Below, piece after piece: positions 57,059-64,000 of a stretch of 64,000 bases of DNA. Both the position numbers and the translations under genes were made by a program. The stretch is from Chrysomallon squamiferum. Lineage: Eukaryota > Animalia > Mollusca. Each line of letters begins with the position of its first letter. The first letter of the stretch is position 1. The stretch is taken from the NCBI GenBank assembly GCA_012295275.1, contig CM022665.1:29698001-29762000 (forward strand). The letters are read 5' to 3'. The notes below the pieces were generated by a model, which worked only from the letters and a program-made list of their open reading frames with translations, did not search any database and was not told the DNA's origin.

Positions 57059-59155
57059 AAAATATTATTCTAGATTTTTTTATTTAAAAAAAACAAACAC
57101 ACCTTTATCGAATTACTAGAAAGCTAATACAGTAGAAAACTAATGCAATATGATGCTGTTAAATCACGGTTTCACTATACATGCGTCAAAATCAATGTAC
57201 ATGGAGGCTTTTTATCTCAAATACGCTATGATTTATACTTGTATTTTAAAATTATACATTATTTCGGTTCACATTTTTATCTAAAATATTATTATCTTAG
57301 AGGTCATTAAATTCCGTTATAGTTATTTTCTCATCAGTACATGTTAGAAATGTATATATATATAAAAAAAAAGTTAAAAAAATAAAGTAAAAATCGATCT
57401 AAAGAGCTGTCGTTCTTCCTTGATGTTGTCAAAGTAAAGATTTTTTATTTTCTTTAAGGACTAAGGAAAAGCCAGGGTTAGTTTTAAGATGATCCTTTGA
57501 AGGAACTGTAATTGAAATATAATGACTTAGGTCTTCTTATATATATATATTTTTTTTTTTTTTTTATTCTTCTTTAGTTTTTAGCTTAAATATATGGGTT
57601 CTTTTAGGTGTGTCAAATGCTGAGTGTATATGTGTATGTGCATGTATGTAAGAGGATGTATGTATGTTTGGTGTGGGTGACTGCGTATGGTGTATATATT
57701 TATGTATCTATGCATGTAAGTATGTGTGGTGTGCGTGTTTGTGTGTATATATTATTATTAAAGTTATTTTATTATTTCATGAATATATAATTATGTCTTT
57801 AACTGAAAAGTACTGGTATTTTCTTAACGTAAGTTCCTGTTTTTTACATTCAGATCTAGAAGCTGTACGGAGCGGACCGTTTCACTCTAATTTTGCCGAT
57901 TGATATACTTTACTTTACAATGAACTCATTTCATCTGATAAATTATATTTTCACCAAATGATGGCGCCGTTCTTTTCTATGAGATACTGAAATCAATCCT
58001 CGTTTGAAATGGATATATTCAAAATGTATTTTTGATTGTTTGTTTCTTTTTTATGAATTGAACTGGATGGGGACAAAATGAGAAGGAAATATGGACAGTT
58101 TCGACGATTAACTACTTAATATGTTTTGTATCGATTTCGAAAGCTTTATTGCCTTTTCCAATTTCAACAAAAACAAAACTTTTTAAAACAAATTTTTTAA
58201 TCTAAGCTGGAATGATACACTGGACGAAAATCATTGAACGAAAATTAATTCGCCATTTTGGTATTGGTTACAAATGTAATATTAACACCCGATATTTAAA
58301 CTAATCATTATTTAAATTGGTTAATACGGTAAAAGAACACGGAGCTGGTAACTCCATTTAAAACGACGTCTGCAATGCAATTACTCCGATATGGGCATTA
58401 GTTCCAGCAACATTCGACATAGACGTTTGCGACTTAAATCTTGTTTTCGGGCAATGTTTTTAATCAGGCCTGGACCCCTCATCTATTAAAAGCGACATGC
58501 TGACAAACGTGTGGACTTTAACGTCATTATTCTTGTCTAAGAATCGTATTTTTCACATAAAAGATTATTTGCGTTTTCACGTATTGCACGTATATTGATT
58601 TACTGTCGGCTACGTACGTCACCGAGAGAAAGGTAACATGGTATATTTAATGGGCAGCGACATATTCTAATTTACGGAGATAAATTGATGTAAATTTTAG
58701 TTTTTCACTAGGCAGAGGATTTATCAACGCCGTGTTAATATATTACCTATGGCGTTTAAAAGCTTTAGCAAAATCTATGTAACAAAGGCGATTCAGCACA
58801 ATTAATATTAATAAAGATTCGCATCATTACAAGCTATGTAGACAGGATAATTGAATGCAGTCACTGAAAGAAAATCTCGTTTGTTTTGTGACATACGAAG
58901 CAAAAGGCATTCATTTAGAATGATTGCATCAAAAGGCTTTTCACCGTCATATCCGGCGATTAACGAGTGACCTTTGTAACAAAGATCTTCAGAAACGGAA
59001 ATTATTTCTCTAATTTTTGTTCTCCGATAACAATAAAGAGAGATTTTGAAATTTTATGTATAGCAGGCTGTAAACCATCCGAGACTAAAATTCAATGCGG
59101 ATGTTACTGAAAAGTAAATCTGCTCAGTCAGCGTTGCTGCAAGAACTCTCAAGAT

Positions 59156-59189
<34 letters not shown>

Positions 59190-59447
59190 ATGATGATGAT
59201 GGTGATAATAATAATAACAATTAAAAAAACTTAATAGAAATGATAATAAACTAAAAAATATATAAATAAAAACAAGACAATTCAAGACAAGAGAAAAAAT
59301 AAAAATGTATAATCCTAATAAAACTCCACAACGACAAATATATGATAGAGTAGCCTTTCAGACATGTTATAACAAACGTAAACTCATTTCTAAACTAATA
59401 ATATTACTAATCATACTAAAAACAACAACAACAACAACAACAACAAC

Positions 59448-59486
<39 letters not shown>

Positions 59487-59555
59487 TTTATTATTATTAT
59501 TATTTTAATAACATCCAAATCGGTTTCTCTCTGCTGTATGAGTAAACAACTTTAC

Positions 59556-59733
59556 CGCTGTTATCAATGGCGTCTGGATTGATATCTGGGTGGTGGATGA
59601 GGATGCGGACAACGTCGTTCAAACGACTCTGACAAGCGAAACTGAGAACTGTACGACCCGTTGAGTCAGGGAGGTTGACGTCGGCGCCCCAGGTGAGCAG
59701 TGTTTTGAGCATTTGACATCTTACAGCTTCTTC
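59556..59733 (-). CDS. ANKRD63: ANKRD63-like ankyrin repeat protein, internal exon
   Basis: tttcAG...GTAAAG; EEAVRCQMLKTLLTWGADVNLPDSTGRTVLSFACQSRLNDVVRILIHHPDINPDAIDNS resembles ANKRD63 (LLEQGAAVNLRDERGRTALSLAC). The upstream exon was not found in the window. Confidence 0.85.
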
Positions 59734-60631
59734 CTGAAATACAGTCAAATCAAATACTTGTAAGTCAGTGCAGAATATCATTTGTGTATTTTCTCAAAGA
59801 ATTATTAGTTATTTAATAGTTTATTTATGTATCTGTCTGCCTGTCTGTATGCTATCCATCTATTCATTCATCCACCCATCTATCTATACTACTATCCATC
59901 CATCTGTCCGTCGATCTATTTATCTATCTGTCTACCTATCTATTATCTATGTAATTTATTTATTTACCTCTCTCAGTAAGCCATCTATATAACTCCCTAT
60001 TTCTCTAATCCATAGATCTATTTGTCTATCCAGTTTGTCTCTCTATACCAATCCGTGATTAATAGCTCGGCGTATAAGCAGTATGTATTGAAAATAAACC
60101 AGCGAGAAAATGGGAATCTAAATTTTAATTTGATTTTAATTTTACTTTTGAAGGATTATCTAACGCAAAATACCATTTCGGAAATGAAGAATTTAAGAAA
60201 TAATTCGGAAATGAAGATTTCGACTTTAATAAAAGTAACATATGACGTGCTTGCAAAAGATTTTTAAAGTTTTCAATATGAAAAGGTTTCTTTAAAAAAA
60301 AAAAAAAAAAAGAACAAAAAAAAGCCCAAAGTACATTGATTTTGACACTGCGTTGACGTAGTTCCTACGTGTTCTTTAGTTGTCGGTCAAAATGATTACC
60401 GAGACAGGCTTCCTGATCCAAAATGAAGCACTCCAACAGTTTCATTCACAGTGGTTTTAGAGTATTTTTAATCAAACGTGGAGCTCAGTGACAACAGATT
60501 AATTCTTTTATGTAAAAACGAAATTCAGTGATATCGATCTGTTTATAATTTTGCCTCATATCTCGTCCAACTGTACTTCGCACAGCGTTTTAAAATAAAA
60601 ATTAAAATGTTTACGCATAAAGTCACTTTGC

Positions 60632-60670
<39 letters not shown>

Positions 60671-60679
60671 TTATTCAGC

Positions 60680-60970
60680 AGAATCTTGCTTGGTGGTTAG
60701 AGCGCTGGTCTGGGTCGTGGTGGATTGTAGCATTGGCTTGTTAGAGATATCACTGGACAAATAGCCGATGGTGTCAACCCTTGTTCCATAAGTGTTTTAT
60801 CCAAGATTGTTGAATGTTTTTTCAAGCCTACGAGAAGGTTCATTTAAAATATCCGTTGCTGCTAATGTTTAAGAATACGTTGCAATGATGACAACAGGTT
60901 TTTTCCTTCAGAGCAAGGTAAACAAACACACAAATAAAAATTAGTATGCTGAGATATCGCTAAGAATTCA
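60680..60970 (+). mobile_element. Degenerate tRNA-derived SINE (MetaSINE-like)
   Basis: tRNA A-box-like head GCTTGGTGGTTAGAGCGC (~60688-60705). Central GGTTCATTTAAAATATCCGTTGCTGCTAAT resembles the recalled molluscan Meta core GGTGCATATAAAAGATCCCTTGCTGCTAAT. The comparison is from memory. Confidence 0.55.
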
Positions 60971-61011
60971 TACATTTATATATTTGTTTTTGTTAATATC
61001 AGTAATTTTTA

Positions 61012-61057
<46 letters not shown>

Positions 61058-61703
61058 TGACAGTTTTGTTAATTTATGTGTCATAATCTTGGTATTAATT
61101 TAAACAAACTTGAAAGTATAAGAACGTTAACAATTATAAAACCTCATGGTAAAATATAATTCAATATATGTATTGATACTGATATAATTACTGTTGTTGC
61201 TGTGATTGTGTTTGTTAAATTTCTTCTTCTTTCTTAATTACTGTTATTATAATTATTATTATTATCATTGCTGCTGCTGCTGCTGTTGTGTTGTTTCTCT
61301 TTGTCGAGTTATTATTAAGAGGAAGGGAAAAAATCATTACCATCTAGTACTTGAAAATCACTACATCAAAAATAAAGCAGATGCTGTCAAAACCATTTTC
61401 AAATAGTTTTCCTTTTAATTAACATTAAAAGTGGGCGAAGAACAGCTGTGCTTAACTTTATTTTTAATATCTGCAGTTTGAAATATGCTAACGTTTCTAA
61501 AACTGCTAAATAAAATTAGAATATCGATTAATATTTGTTCCGTTCCGTTTATAATATAATCTGTTGCTGATACAATAATCAACGGGATGAGAAAGAAACT
61601 GAGAGACAAACACACAGATAGACAGACAGACAAAGACAGAGAGAGATACGGTATTTCTGTTTTTTACTGATATTAAACTATAAAATTAGATTACATCTCT
61701 CTC

Positions 61704-61785
<82 letters not shown>

Positions 61786-63817
61786 AAGTCATCTTGTAAT
61801 CAACGAAAATCAATAAACAAATTTGTCAAGTTAGAATACTAGTTAACGTAAACAATTGCCTGGGATTTTCTCATTATGTTTTCCCGATATTCTAAGCAAT
61901 CAGATTTAATATACAGCATTAAGTGTCGACTAATTCAGCCCATCTTTGATTTCTGTGTAATTTACTACAATTAGGTCAAACGTACAGACAGACCATACAA
62001 AAAGAAAATCAATTTAATTTTCAGTTTTTCTAACGGAGTATTCGGAATTGTATAAAATGTGATTTCACTTTACGCTTAATAACTCAACGAATGTGACAGT
62101 TTAATGATTTAGATGACGCTGTAAAAAGAACTAAATCTTTCACTTGATATCCAGATTTGGATAAGATCTCCATAAATCCTTTTGATTAAAAAGATTTAAT
62201 CTTTCTTATAACAATAAGCCGTGTTTTCTGGACTTATACCAATTACTGCATTGTTTTCAGCGGAACAAAAAGTGGCTCAAAATCAGTTTTGTTGTATTTG
62301 TGTAAAATGAAAAGTTAAACATGTTCAGAAAAAATATAAAAAATCGTTTTAGAAAGAAAAAAAAGTGTTCGGGATATTTGGTGCTTTCGTGCTTTCTATA
62401 AATGTTTTTATCTTTGCATGGAGCAGTTTCAATTACATTTTATGCTCGCTTTTGCCATTCGTTAGCTGAAATATTGCTTTTTGCTCATCTGTTTATTGAA
62501 CCAAAATTCACAAAAGAGAAACACACACACAAACACACATACATACAAACTCACATACACATATACATTACACACAAAAACAAACGCACTCGCAAAAACT
62601 GTAGAGGAGAGCACAGAGACTGATGTAACACACATAAACTCTTTTAATTAATTATTTGCATGTAGATTGTATAAGCACGCACATGCACACGATCCACATG
62701 AATATATAAGTAGGCTTACGCTTTTGATACATCTAAGAGATCGCTGTCGATGGTGATCGATGTCAGTGATAATCGCATTTTAATTGGTAAAGAACTGTTC
62801 AAATGAGCTTGCCATGGGTCATGACTCTGAGAATCTGCCCGAGACAGGTGGGAACCGCTTTCACTCTGCCTCTCCTATCGCATTCATTACCCGACTATTA
62901 CAGCATAACAGAAAATCCGCTTTTCATACTGGCTAAGCTGGGCCAAACCATTAGTGACTTTTTGCAATAACACCCTTCAACTTTCGTCTTCTGGCGCCGC
63001 TGTTATCTTTAATACACATGCTAAAGCTCGTCATATAATTTTAATAATAACATGGCTGAGATAATATACGGGCAATCTGTTTATATTAAATGTATAACTA
63101 CGTTTGTATGGTTATGTGCAGTCAGAGGAACGGCAAATAGCAAAGATTCTTTGGTGATGTACATTAAACGAGCAACATACGGAATCGTTTATCTCGATAT
63201 AATGGTCGGTTGACCGTTTTGAAGAAATTGATGATAACGATAGTAATCATAAAGATATAGTTTATTAACGTACAACCCATAATTCATCAAAGATGAGACA
63301 AATAACTGGTTAGTGGGTGGTAACATTATTTGTTATTGTGAGCATTTGCTGTGTTAGGGTGATCAAGAATAATATGAACAAAAAGCAGATTAATAAAATA
63401 AATAAATACAAATATACAGCAACAGATGATTAATAGATGAAAAAGAATAGCCAGGACGCCCCAGAAAATGATATTGATTAGCAATTTTTATCTTTTCTTT
63501 TGCTAATTTCTTTAATACTGACATAAAGATTTTTGTATAAATTTGATTTAAAATAAAATAATAGCACCGAGGATGTCTAAATATCTTGAAATACAATTTT
63601 TCTTCATTCGTGTGTTGAGAGAGGCGACACAAGAAAACCGATGTACATCGCGTGTCTTCACTTGGAAACTTTACGAAGGGAAATGACCAGAGGAAGAGCA
63701 GCTGCACGTTGGAGGGATGAGTACTTGAAAGGAACCTTCTAGTACAGACAGTGCAACACAGTCAGATGTACAAACTACATGTCGCGGATTTCGGGTCACT
63801 ACAATGAATAATAATAA

Positions 63818-63863
<46 letters not shown>

Positions 63864-64000
63864 CAACAACAATCATAATAAAATAATTAAAACCTATTAC
63901 AAACTTAATGTGTGTTTATATATATATATATGTATATGTCTGTATATATATATATTTAAATATATTTGTTTATATATATATATATATATATTTGTTTGTA

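Noticed and set aside
63390-63790. Possible upstream ANKRD63-like exon
   Set aside because: No ankyrin-like translation in the minus-strand frames examined and no matching phase-0 donor seen.

Overview
AT-rich, microsatellite-rich, intron-containing eukaryotic DNA. It is probably molluscan/lophotrochozoan, inferred from SINE remnants and gene style and not proven. Three protein-coding genes are supported by hand-spliced exons with GT..AG sites and consistent phases. (1) The last two coding exons (end of TM3 to C-tail) of a class A neuropeptide-type GPCR on + (20863-22688); no 5' exons were found, so 1-20862 is probably a large intron. (2) A complete SEL1L/Hrd3 ERAD gene on - with 19 coding exons (50050->36638, about 1053 aa), carrying an unusual 377-codon symmetric exon, a very short cytosolic tail, a UPR-like promoter and a putative spliced uORF. 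(3) The last two exons of an ANKRD63-like ankyrin gene on - (59733->56087). The rest holds minisatellites, a ~390-bp fold-back inverted repeat, degenerate SINE/LINE remnants and many microsatellites. Most ORF-track entries are low-complexity or antisense artefacts. No CRISPR, rRNA or intact tRNA was seen, and no clearly new multi-gene system. The best leads are the SEL1L insert and the SEL1L 5' regulatory module.
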